Shown piece by piece: positions 1 through 11,872 of a DNA stretch of 64,000 nt. The notes below the pieces were generated by a model, which saw nothing but the letters and a program-made list of their open reading frames with translations, searched no databases and was not told where the DNA came from. Position numbers and translations under genes: made by a program. This stretch comes from Lama guanicoe. Taxonomy: Eukaryota. Numbering within the stretch: position 1 is the stretch's first letter; each line of letters opens with the position of its first letter. Where the stretch lies: contig MU053792.1 of assembly GCA_013239625.1 (NCBI GenBank), positions 135,618-199,617 of the forward strand. Reading direction: 5' to 3'.

Positions 1-599
1 TCATGTAATTTACTTCTTTATCTCTTGCAACAGTTTGTTGTAGTCTATTTTGTCTTGTGTAAGTACTGCTACCCCAGCTTTCTTTTAATTTCCACTTTCA
101 TAGAATACCTTTTTTTATCTCCTTATTTTCAGACTGTGTGTGTTTTTATATCTGAAGTGAGTCTCTTGCAGACAACACATACATGGGTCTTGTTCTTGCA
201 TCCATTCAACCACTCTACATCTTTTGATGGGAGCAGTTAGCCCATTTACATTTAAAGTAATTATTAATATCTATGGTCTTACTGCTATTTTGTCAATTGC
301 TTTTGTGTCATTTTTGTAGGTGTTTTTGTTTCTTTCTTCTTTTGTTTACTTCTCTTGTGATTTGATGACTATCTTTTAGTGTTATGTTTGGATTTCTTTT
401 TCTTTGTGTGTGTATATCTTTTGTAGATTTTTCATTTCTGGTTACCATGAGGTCTGTATTAACAATCCATATACATTACCAATTGTTTCAATTTCTGATC
501 TCTTAATTTCAAATGCATTTGCTACTTTTGTCTTTTAACTTTCCTACTAGCTTGGAGAGTATATGGATGAGTTTCTCCCTTTCCTATATATGCCTTTAT
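1..599 (-). mobile_element. LINE-1 fragment (start of ORF2 endonuclease region plus inter-ORF spacer), 5'-truncated at the parvoviral junction; continues beyond the window start
   Basis: Typical antisense L1 text (ctgaagtgagtctcttgcagacaaca..., cccatttacatttaaagtaattatt). Collinear with the L1 at 48860-49330 up to 'tgcctttat' (599), where similarity stops abruptly. Confidence 0.85.
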
Positions 600-1451
600 G
601 GGCACTAATTTCCTTGAGGTGCCAACCTACCAAAAAATAGGCAAAGACAAATATGGGGAGAAATATCTAAATTATGAGCCTGAAGTTTTTCAGAGAATGC
701 AGGAGTTTGCAAATGCAGCTGCTATATCTGAGAATGCCAAAATCTCGATGAGAGCAAAACCACAGCTGAATTCTTTGTGGAAGGGGTGAGAAACTATTTG
801 CACCCAGGAACCTCATGGACAGAGCAACTTTAATGATGTGACCATGAAAGTCACCAAGGACGCTTCCCTGATTATGTCATGGAGGGAGGGAACAGACAGC
901 AGTCCTTTGATTATATGGACCAAGGAAAATGGGACCAACTCAACAGATTTCAACTCTGCCACCACAGCAGGCTGTGTCATGACCCTGCAGATCTCACCAA
1001 CCATCATCCTGGAAAGCCAAGGCCTCCTGTTTGCAGGAATTCAACCTGGCAATGTACAGATGGATCCAGATATATATTTGTGGGGCCCTACATGGGCTCA
1101 AGTTCCTCATGTAGATGGAGTATTCCACCCTACTCCTAACATGGGGGGTTTGGGTGTCATCGACCCCCCTCCAATGATTCTAATAAAAAATACTGCCGTG
1201 CCAGCCGAGCCCTGGAAAGCATTTACAGCAGGCCCTAGTCTTTCATTAATCAGTACTCCACAGGACAGGTTACAGGAGAGATGGAGTGGGAGATTGAAGG
1301 AAAAAACAGTAAGCACTGGAATCCAGAGATTCAATACACCGGTAATTACGGTCCTAACAAGGACACAATGAATTTTACCGTAGATGGGAACGGGAAATAT
1401 AATGGGAGTCCCCAGTTTGCTAGAACCAGGTTTCTGTCAAAACACTTGTGA
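600..1451 (+). pseudogene. cap: Endogenous parvoviral element: frameshifted C-terminal part of a dependoparvovirus (AAV-like) capsid VP gene
   Basis: Frame of 838 reads [59 protein letters not shown], versus AAV2 [59 protein letters not shown]. After a frameshift near 1235-1240, 1239-1451 reads [70 protein letters not shown], versus AAV2 [37 protein letters not shown]...[26 protein letters not shown]. Upstream pieces NFLEVPTYQK (607-636) and TTAEFFVEGVRNYLHPG (759-809, other frame) resemble NWLPGPCYRQ and ATKYHLNGRDSLVNPG. Confidence 0.95.
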
Positions 1452-1511
1452 TAAAAGTATTATGTTTCAGATTTTGGTGTCAGTATCTTTATTTGAAATT
1501 TCCCTTTATCT
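1449..1511 (+). terminator. Remnant viral poly(A) signal and 3' UTR of the parvoviral element
   Basis: The stop TGA overlaps GATAAA (one change from AATAAA). It is followed by T/G-rich 'gtttcagattttggtgtcagtatcttt...ttatct', resembling the recalled AAV2 3' UTR 'aataaa...gtttcagttgaactttggtctctgcgtatttctttcttatct'. Confidence 0.55.
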
Positions 1512-3795
1512 CGCTGGTTGATTTCGGTGACCTGTGCACTGAAGAGGGCGGGGCAAGGGCGTTGCATCAGCCAGAAGAGACTAACCGGAAAGACAGGAAA
1601 CTGGAAGCAGAAACGAGCATCAGAGTAGGAGGGGGAGGGGCTTTAGCAGGAGGAGCTAGGGTTAGGGGTAACCTCATGGAGTAGGTGTGCCATGGGTGTG
1701 TACGCTCTGTTTTTCTGCAAATAGTTACACTTTAGGTATGCCTCGGAGAGGAGGGAGCTCAGGGTTTCTCTACCTTGACATCTTTGCCTATCTTTCTGCC
1801 CCTTGCTTTTTAAAGCGAAACAGAAGGATGTATGTGTGTGCGTGGGGTAGGGAGAAGAGGTTCTGATTGATCAAAAATACTATGATTTCTTTGGAAATGC
1901 GGCTGGGAGGAGAATTATTTATTGTTACTGGTTATACCCATTCATCCCCTGCTCCTTGGGCTGGCAGGACACAAAGCTTTTGATTTTCTTTCTCCCTACA
2001 CTGTGCCGTTTCTGGGGAGAAGACTACGAAGGAGAGAAATTGTCAGAGTTTTTATAAGCCACTTAACTAGAGCTGACTGAATACCAAATCATTAATCATT
2101 TTTATTTCTTCGTATGATAGAGCCTTCGAATTCAAGGGAAATTATCCTAGGTTACAGTATGACTGCTGACATAAACTTTACAATACTGTACAACAGTTCA
2201 TCACCCTATGCTTGAATGATATGGCATCTTTCATAACCAAAAATCTTTCCTGCTTACTCTTTTGTGTTGAGGCAGAATGCTATTATAGTCAAATATTTAA
2301 TTGTGTCTGTTTCTCTTAGATTGAGCTATAGCTTGAATAAATGTATTTTAGCAAGACTATTGCATATTCCATTTGCACTATATAGAAGCAATGGGCCCAC
2401 TGCTGGGTGATGTGTTGATGTCTTAGATACAATAGTCATTGCTTTCTCGCAAGCAACGAGATTACTTTGCTTACATGGGAAGATGGAGAAAAACAAAACT
2501 AACAAAGAATGCTTAGTGGAGATTAAAGACTGTTTAAACCAAAAAGCGTGTGCATTTCAATTTCTATAGTAAGACAGTAGAAAAGAATTATTGCTAGGAG
2601 AAAAAATAGCACACTTGAATATGGAGCTCATTTGTAGAGAATATAAACAATGGTCTGTACATGAGCATAAGTATGTAGTGGTGGGATGAAAACTGAGTTG
2701 GTCAAAAGCACCTCACAAAATTAGCAAGGAGGAAGTGCTCATTATTCAATGATTGGCAGGTTTTCATATAACTAAATAACTTGTACTCTTTACAAAGTCA
2801 TATGGTTTTAATTTGACTAGACCTTGAGATGCTCAGAGATGTATAGAGATGACAGATTAATGACCTTCTCATGTAGCTTAATATTCTAGCAAATCCTTTG
2901 AACTGCCTTCTGTTAAATAAATACAAAAAAAAGGGAAAAAATATGAAAAAAGGATATGGCTTACAATAGTCCTACCAGCTTAAGTTATCCACCTGATTAG
3001 CCTGATTTATAGCTGATTATGACTAAAGCAGGGGGAACTGATGAGTGATATATGCTGTTACTACTAGAAGAAACAGAGAACATCTTGTGTCAATCAAGAT
3101 TACACAATAGCATTTCCCCATTTACATTTTCTTCTCTTTGTATGTATCTTTAAATAGCCATCATTATTCCATTTGTCTTATTTGAGAGATTAATTAGCAT
3201 TACATAAACTGGTAATGTTTTTTCTAAGTATTAAACACATTACTGATAAACCAAAGACAAGACATAAATTATACACATAAGGAAATAAAAAAATTGAATC
3301 TGCCACATAAAGTGGTATTAACAGGCAACAATTCAACATGTTGGTAATTAAATACTGTAAGTTCAAAATACATTTCCTTACTAGCCAAGAAGATATTTTC
3401 AATATCAGTTTTATGGTGTTAAAATCATGGTATATTCTTATATTATCAAGACTCTATTTTTGGTAGTATATAAGCAGCCTATAAGGAATCTGAATCAATA
3501 TGGCCTATTCTAATGAGAATGATAACTCAAAACTGATAGACATTTAAACCCAAACTGAAAGTATTTAGAAACCTAACCACATATAAATAACATCCTGCCA
3601 TTGTCTCAAGCTCTATTATCCTTAGGTAATAATTATTGAACTTACTATTTATAATGTCAACATACATGACTAATATATTCTGAATATGCACACACACATT
3701 AAATAAATTAGAAGATCAGGAAATGGAGAATGTCCCAAAATCATGACAGGATGAGAAGGGATGGATAATACAGAACAGAGTGTCCAAGACAAATA

Positions 3796-6195
3796 GGATT
3801 CTGAGAAAATGCAGAGTAAAAAACATCAAAATCTGTCTCCCCACTTAGACAACAATGGAATTCACAGAGTCTGTCTGATGTAACTATTTTGTGATTCTGG
3901 AATCTGTTGAAGACTTACAACTTCAAAAGGGGAAGGCTTGGATGGTAAATTGTGCTTAACTTTGGTCAATTTCAGCTTTTGGCACAGCAACAGCTACCAA
4001 TATTCTACTCCTTGTCCTGTGGCAGGGTGTACACGTGTTCTGGAGCAGCTTGCATATAGCTCTTGGGGGACAGCATGGGCAAAAAGATCCTGTCCTCCAA
4101 ATGCCAGAGAGATGCATTCTGGTCACTGATTGCTGCTTCTGATTCTCAGAGGTGCACACAAGAAGGCTGGCAGCCATTGATTTTACAGCTTCCCCATAGT
4201 TGCAGTTTCCCTCTTCCTCAGCTGAAGTAACTTCCAGAAGATTTCAAATACTCATACCCATATTTCCTCCACCTTTACTTCTCATTTTTCCCTTTTGGGA
4301 GCCAAGCATTAAATGCTAAGACATCCAGAACCAACCACATATACATGGGAAATTAAAAAGCCGCCATGAAAGTCACCCAATGAGAAGAGAAAGCTCAGAA
4401 AATACCAGCTAAGATCTTACTTTTGTATCTTAGACTTCTCCTTGGCACAGACTACAACAATCAAAAAAGCAAAAATGATTAACAAAACCAAAACACCCTG
4501 GAAAGAAAAGAATCTGATTTTCAGAGTTATCACATTATTAGACTCAAATATTCAATTTTAATGAAAAAAATCACAAGCATACAAGGAAACAGAAAAGCAT
4601 GGCCAATTCAAAGGAAAAAATTAATTTATACATATATATTTTTTTCCCTGAAAAGACCTGATTATTTACCTCACAAAGGCTTTTAAATTACTGTCTTAAA
4701 GATTTTCAAAGAATTTTTTAAAATGTAAATAAAATCAGGAAACAATGGAAATGTTAATAAAAGGAAACCAAAAAGAAATTCTAGAACTGAAAATATAATA
4801 AATGAAATAAAAAATTACTGGAAGTGTAAAAAGGCAGTTTTGAGCAGGCAGAAGAAAAAATAATGAACTAGAACACAAAACATGGAAATTATCAAATCTG
4901 AGTTACAGAAATTTTTTAAAACATAAAGAAAATTGAACAGAGACTAAGGGTCCTATGGGACACCATCAAGATGATCAACATATGCATTGTGGGAGTCCCA
5001 GAAGGCGAAGAGAAAGAGAAAGGGGAACAAAAATATTTGATGAAATAATGGCTGAAAAGTTTCCAAATTTAACAAAAGATGTGAATATAAACATCAAGAA
5101 GCTCAACAAATTCCAAGCATGATGAACTCAAAGAGACTCACATTACAACAGAGGATAATACTCAAGTTTCAAAAATCAAAGGCAAAAAGAGAATCTTAAA
5201 GCAACAGAAAAGTGACTCATCACAAACAGAGAATCCTCATTAACTAATCAGCAGATTTCTCAGTAATTTAGGAGGCTGGAATTCAGCGGACCCATGTATT
5301 CACAGAGCTTAAATAAATAGACAAATAAATGAATAAATGAACACACAAATAAACCATCAATCAAGAATCCTATCTATGGCAAAAATAACTTCTAAATGTG
5401 AGAAGAAATTAAGACATTAAAAAAAAAACCCTGAAGTGATTCATTACCATTAGCTTTATCTTGCAGTAAATACTAAAGAGAGTGCTACAAGCCGAAATAA
5501 AAGGATACCAGATGACAACTTGAAGCCATATGAAGAAATGAAAATCTCAATAAAGATAAATACATGGACATTTACAAGAGCTAGCATTTTAACAATGATT
5601 TACAAATCCATTTTTGTTTTCCATGTGCTCTAAGAGACTGATATATTTAAAAATATATATTAGTCTAAAAACTAGTATTATTTTAGCTTTTGTTTATAAT
5701 TCCACACTGTATTTTCTATCTAATTTAAGAGACTAGTATATTTAAAATAATTGTTAATTTATGTCTGGGGACACACTATGTATAGAGATATAATTTTGTA
5801 AAGTAAAAAATGAAAAGTGGTGAGCATGGAGTTGAAAAGGAGCAGAGTTTTTATTATTATTAATTATTATTACTATTATTAATATTAGGTTGGTATATGT
5901 TCAAATTAAAGTGTGGTAACTTTAGGATTTTAAATGTAATTCTCATGGTGATAATCACAAAGAAAACAGCTATAGAAATAAACAAAAGGAAATAAGAAAG
6001 AAATGTAAACATTTTCCTACAAAAGATTAAACACAAAGGAAGACAGTATGCAGGAAATGAGGGACAAAAATTGTGAATCATGTGGAAAACAAATAGCAAA
6101 ATGACAGAAGTATATCCCTACTTATCAGTAATTACTATAAATGTGAATGTATCAAACTCTTGAATCAAAAGGCTGAGATTGACAGAATGGATAGA
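3796..6195 (+). mobile_element. Old LINE-1 (L1M-type): 5' UTR, degraded ORF1, spacer and ORF2 start; 3'-truncated
   Basis: ORF1 relics (ctatgggacaccatcaag...gggagtcccagaaggcgaagag; gaaataatggctgaaaagtttcc) and the ORF2 start 'tcagtaattactataaatgtgaatg' near 6125. Confidence 0.85.
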
Positions 6196-6199
6196 AATT

Positions 6200-6372
6200 T
6201 TACACTTTAATATGCATGTGAATTACTTGAAAATCTTCTTAAAAATGCAGTCAATTTAAAATGCAAATTTGGACTCAGTCAGTCAGAGAAAAAGTCTAAG
6301 AATTTGCATTTCTAACCAGCCCAGAGGTAATGTCCATGTGGCTGGTGCATACACCATACTCTGACTTGCAAA
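6200..6372. mobile_element. MER5A-like hAT-Charlie DNA transposon relic
   Basis: Contains the MER5A-like core 'ctaagaatttgcatttctaaccagcccagaggtaatgtccatgtggctggt'. Confidence 0.65.
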
Positions 6373-7341
6373 ATATTAGAGAGGAGGCTGTAATTCTCTG
6401 AAAGCCTTCCTTGGCCACAACACTTTCTGAAAAATCTCTGCATCAAATTTTAAACCACTTTCCCCCCCACCACAATAGTCATTACAGCTTACTGGATCAG
6501 AGGTGGGCTCCTCATATAAATACTGTTATCTGTAGGTTCACCAATGGCCTATGATATGGCCTGGGATGAGAGTACCACCCAGTTAGGGGAATTCTGCTTC
6601 AAATGGAGATGAATGGCTCAACAACGATGGTCTCTTTGGGCTATGGGGAGAATGGTGTGTGTGTGTGTGTGTATGTTAGTGAGAGAGAGGGAGAAAGACA
6701 AAACAAAAAGAGAATGAGAAAGAGAGAATGAAAGAACCAGCAGAAGAGAGGAGAGGGAGCACATAACAGTGTCTCAATTCTTATAAGACATAAAGGATAC
6801 CTTCTAGACTTACTGCTGCATCAGTAGAATCCTTGGCAGATACTAGAGATGAGATCTTTTTGAGACCTAATAAGTAGTTGTTGAGACATTTACAAGTCAC
6901 TTGCTTATTTACCTGTTCTTACAAATGAATAAACTCTTCACTTGTGAGATAACAGAGTATCTCCACAGATAACTTGAAACATTCTCTCAGATTAATCCTA
7001 AATTGCTTCATTATTAAAACATTTCAAGTGTCTATTTCTGTGCTTTAAAGATTTATGGTGAAAACTTTTTTCCAAACCCCAGAATAGGTAGTGGATAGAT
7101 TAGTTAGGTGAGTAGAATAAATAAGATACATAGGTGATAGATAAATAGGTAGATAAATGCTTTGTAACTGATAGTTATGCACAAGCAATATTATGATCCA
7201 GATAATTTCACCTGCCTTAGGGCATTCTTGATACTATGTAACAGGAAGAAGCAAAAGGAGATCCATGTATTACCAGTGGTAACTCTAATATTCAACTTCT
7301 CAGAATTCCATCCTTATTCCAAGATACTAGTTAAAGTTTTA

Positions 7342-8638
7342 GAGCACTTCCTTGCACCATACACAAAACTAAACTCAAAATGTCTTAAAAACTTAAACAC
7401 AAGACAAAAGACACTATAAACCTCTTAGAAAACATAGGTAAAACACTGTCTGACATAAATCTCAGCAGTGTTTTCCTAGGGCAGTCTACCCAGGCAATAG
7501 AAATAAAAGCAAAAATAAACAAATGGACTGAATTAAACTTATAAACTTTTGCACAGCAAAGGAAACCATAAGCAAAACAAAAAGACAACCTACAGAATGG
7601 GAGAAAATATTTCTAAAAGATGAGACTGATGAGGACTTAATTTCCAGAATATATAAACAGTTCATACAACTTAATAAGAAAAAGCAAAGAAACAACACAG
7701 TCCGAAAATGGAAGAAGACAAGGAATTCTCCAGTGAAGACATACAAATGGCCAAAACGCACATGAAAAAATGCTCAATACTACAAATTATCATAGAGATG
7801 CAAATCAAAACTACAATGAAGTATCACCTCACATCAATCAGAATGACCATCATTCAAAAGTCCACAAATGACAAATGCTGGAGAGGCTGTGGGGAAAAGG
7901 GAACCCTCCTACACTGTTGGTGGGAATGTATTTTGGTGCAGCTGTTAAGGAAAACAGTATGGAGATTCCTCAAATGACTTAAAATAGACTTACCATATCA
8001 TCCAGCAATCCCACTCCTGGGCATATATCCAGAGGGAACCATAATTCAAAAAGATACATGCACCCCAATGTTCATAGCAGCACTATTTACAAGAGCCAAG
8101 ATATGGAAAAAAATTTACACTTCCATTGACAGATGACTGGATAAAGAAAATGTGGTATATTTATACAATGGACTACTACTCAGCCATAAAAAATGAACTA
8201 ATGACATCTGCAGTAACATGGTTGGACCTGGATACTGTCATTCTAAGTGAAGTTAGCCAGAAAGAGAAATAAAATACCATATGATATCACTCATATGTAG
8301 AATCTAAAAAAAAAAAGAGGACAAATTTATTTACAAAGGAGAAACCGATTAATAGAAAACAAACTTATGGTTACCAGATGGGGAAGTGGTGGGAAAGGAT
8401 AAATTGGGAGTACAAGATTTGCAGATACTAACCAACATATATAAAATAGTTGAACAGTAAGTTCATACTGTATAGCACAGGGAATTATATTCAATATCTT
8501 AAAGTAACTTATGGTGAAAAGTACATATATATATGTATATTCATGTCTGACTGAAGCACTATGCTGTACACTGGAAATTGACACAACATTGTAAACTGAC
8601 TATACTTCAGTAAAAAATATATATATAAAATAAAAGTA
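7342..8638 (+). mobile_element. 5'-truncated lineage-specific LINE-1 (ORF2 C-terminus, 3' UTR, A-rich tail) with 9 bp TSD
   Basis: ORF 7708-7977 encodes the L1 ORF2 cysteine-rich end ([18 protein letters not shown]). TSD aaagtttta at 7333-7341 and 8639-8647. Confidence 0.92.
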
Positions 8639-8711
8639 AAAGTTTTACCTGAAATATAATTTCCATTCAATCTGCAAGGAGACTATAAACCTTCACTTGA
8701 ATTTTAAAGAT

Positions 8712-9242
8712 TGAGAAGTAGTGAGTGCACAGAAAATGCTAACCAATGTGGTGTGAACAAAAACTACTGCAAGCCACGTCAGTAAACAAAGGATGCTGTA
8801 ACCATCAAGTCATCATCCACTACAGCCAACCCAGGATGCAGACAAGCAGGCAGCCTGGCCTCTGCATCCATCCCACAATGGTTCTCCCTGAGGGGCATGA
8901 AGGAACAAGACACTGGCCATAGACTGCTAGGTGCATATCAAAGGAATGATTTCAATGAGCCCAGACATTTGTGACTTCCTATACATAGAAAAGGGCTAAA
9001 TTCTTTAACTTGAGATGCCTGGTTTTCTTTAGTTAACAGTAATCTTTTAATGTTCTGACCACCTGGTCTTTGTTGTGAAAACTCCTGTATATCCTGGCTC
9101 CTCCCCCACCTCTTCAGAGCAGTCCCTCATAGTGATCTGAGAGGCTGTCATCCTGGGCTCGAAGGGGTTCGAGTCCTCAGAAATGTCCACTGAATTAAAC
9201 ATAACTCTCAACTTTTGGGTTGTGTACTTATTTCAGTTGACA
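8712..9242 (+). mobile_element. Solo ERV1-class LTR (left boundary approximate)
   Basis: LTR-like body with a variant poly(A) signal (attaaa ~9194) and a U5 end 'ctctcaacttttgggttgtg...ttcagttgaca' finishing in CA. No clear TSD found. Confidence 0.7.
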
Positions 9243-11625
9243 TCAGGAAGAAAATTTCAAGACCTTTGACTCCAAGCTTTTCTTTTTTAACTAAGCCCCT
9301 GAGCGGTCAGTTGGCCATCACACATCACAAAACGAGCAGTAATAAGACTAAGGTTTATTCTAAACCTTTAGAATAAACCTTGGTCTGCGGACTTCTACTT
9401 CTGGGCATTTTCTATTAATTCTGCAGCTTATTTTCTTTTTAATTTTCCTGTTCAAACAATTTCAAGTCCTTACCACTTAGTTTGTTGTCATAGTATGTTT
9501 CTGAGACTATTTAACTAGACTGACTTTTAAAAATATACATTTGAACTCTAACATATATATATGTGTGTATTATATTTAAATATATATATTTTTTGTTTTA
9601 TGTCCATCTCAGGGTAAAAATTAAATGCAATAACAGAGAACAGCAATCCATTTCTAATTAAAATTTGAAGTCCTAAAATTTACCCTTTCAAATAAATTTT
9701 TTTACTTTTTACAGTTAAAATCATAACATGAAATCTTTTTATACATCTAAATTTAGTAGGACTTCAGAGGTTCAGCTGATTTCTCTGTGATTTGAACTTG
9801 TTCATGACATAAAAACAGCATCTTTAAAGTGAATGAAAGAAAAAATGTTAATTTTAATCATATTCAAAGAATATGTTCATGAAAAATCAACTATCATTTA
9901 AAGTTCCACTCACTTGCCAAACAATAATTAAAAATACCTATTTTTTATCTAAACCATTGATTCTAGTATCATTAATATTTCAGAATAAGTTAAAGAGCCA
10001 ATGTAGAATTATATAATTAAATCACAGATTATGCAAATGTGCTTCCTCTGTGAAGCAAGTGCCCAGTCCTTCTGGATTCGGGTCCTAACTTTTTAATATC
10101 GTTCAAAACCTCTTTACACCATGGTTTAACTTGAGGGGTCATAGCAGTATTTTAGGTTGATTGACTATGATACAGAATGTAAACAGGTGGTGCCCATCAT
10201 GTCATACATCAATGGGATGTGGTAGAATGGAGATACTGCATTCTTTCCACGCTACTGTAAGTACTGCAAAGGTGGGGAATTTTGGTATTAAAATGTTCCC
10301 AAGTCATCAAATCATTCTGAAAAGCATCCTCCTCTACCACCAGCAATACTTTATGACAGTTATTTAATAATCTAATAATCTAACATGACCCAGACATTTT
10401 TATGTCAAAAACAAAAAAATGGAATAAAGGAGCACCAGCTTGGTTGCAGTGGACCACAAAGGCATTGCTACCTGTATTCCTATGAACTCTTAGGCGCGTA
10501 ACCAAATGTCTTTGAGCCTCAGCAACCTTCTACTCTGTGCAACAGAAATGGCAGAAACTACCACTCAGAGGTAGGATTTGGATAGAAAATGGAGCGGAAA
10601 GACATTCTTGCAGGGTTCAAAAAGGGTAAAACGTGAGATTTGGACCACAAAAAGAAAATTAGGAGGCACCACAAGAATTATCCAATATGGCTAATGCCAG
10701 GAAAAGGAATTACAGTTGCAAACCCCTTAATGATAGGGGAAAAGTTGTGATGACTAAAGTAGAGGCTAGACAGAAAATATTTACTACATAACTTAAAGCT
10801 CTTCAGGAGAGCCAAGGTGGTACAATTCCATCCCTAGTAATTGCAGGCAGGATCAGCTCCAGCGGAGAAGAGAGGATAGACATATCTGGAGGCAAACAGA
10901 AATGATTTTCCTCCTTTTCTCTTATATCCAACCAATATTGGATAACCACGAATGGACTGAGGACAGTGCATACGATTCTGTATAAAGCAATCTGGAAATC
11001 TTTATAACTATTTCTATAAGACAAGGTTAACACTCATACCTAAAACAATTAAGTATTACACAAAATATGAAAAAAATTCTCTAATCTCAATGACCAAGAA
11101 GTAGAGAGTCCTGGAGGAGACACATACATGAGTATGCATCTATCACACAACTAAAGGAGGAATTTCAAATCCATAAGGGGAAGAATTAAAAAATGACTTA
11201 GAGATAATTGGCAATGCAATGGGAAAAAATTACCTCATATCATATAAGAAAAGATACATTCCAGAAGCAGTTAGAAGTTCATATGAAAAAAATATAAATT
11301 ATAATACAGTGTAGGGGAATATTTTTATGGTTTTTGTGCATAACACAAATATTGAAAGTCATAAGTAATTTGTATGCTTAATTTGCATTCACAAAATTGA
11401 ACAAAAGTTTATAAAGATTATATACAGTTAAAAACCTCAGCTGGGTAAAAATATTGACAAATGATATACTTAACAAATGATACATAATTTTCACATCAAT
11501 AAAGTCTTTAAAGATAACTATCAAATGACTATTAAAGCAGAGAAGAAGATAAGAAAAATATCTATGTAATAATAACATATAATGAGCATTTAACATCTCA
11601 AGCAGTATGACAGGTGCTTTACATA

Positions 11626-11630
<5 letters not shown>

Positions 11631-11656
<26 letters not shown>
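11631..11656. repeat. (TG)n microsatellite
   Basis: Directly visible. Confidence 0.95.
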
Positions 11657-11659
<3 letters not shown>

Positions 11660-11662
<3 letters not shown>

Positions 11663-11872
11663 AACATTTATTGAGTATTTACTATGTGCCAGGTTCTATG
11701 ATTAGTGCTTGTTACTTGTATTAGTAAATCCTCATCATAATCCTATCATGTACTCATCTCATTTTTATAGATTAGTAACATGTGTCTCAGTCTAGTTGAA
11801 TATTTTGTTCAAGGGTCCACAGGAGTAAAACAGCAGATTAATCAGATCCCAGAGCCCCAGCTTTTAACCAGT
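11660..11872 (-). mobile_element. MIR SINE
   Basis: 'aacatttattgagtatttactatgtgccagg ... cagagccccagcttttaacca' is the antisense MIR tail-to-head pattern. Confidence 0.75.

Noticed and set aside
879..1139. 86-aa alternative-frame ORF inside cap as an overlapping viral gene (AAP/X-like)
   Set aside because: AAP lies in the 5' part of cap, not here. No recognisable motif, and the length is compatible with chance.
1107..1334. Antisense ORFs over the EVE (also 813-1007)
   Set aside because: Shadow frames of the capsid sequence with no independent support.
1656..1668. Telomere-like ctagggttagggg
   Set aside because: Only about two units; too short to indicate telomerase healing or a herpesvirus telomeric repeat.
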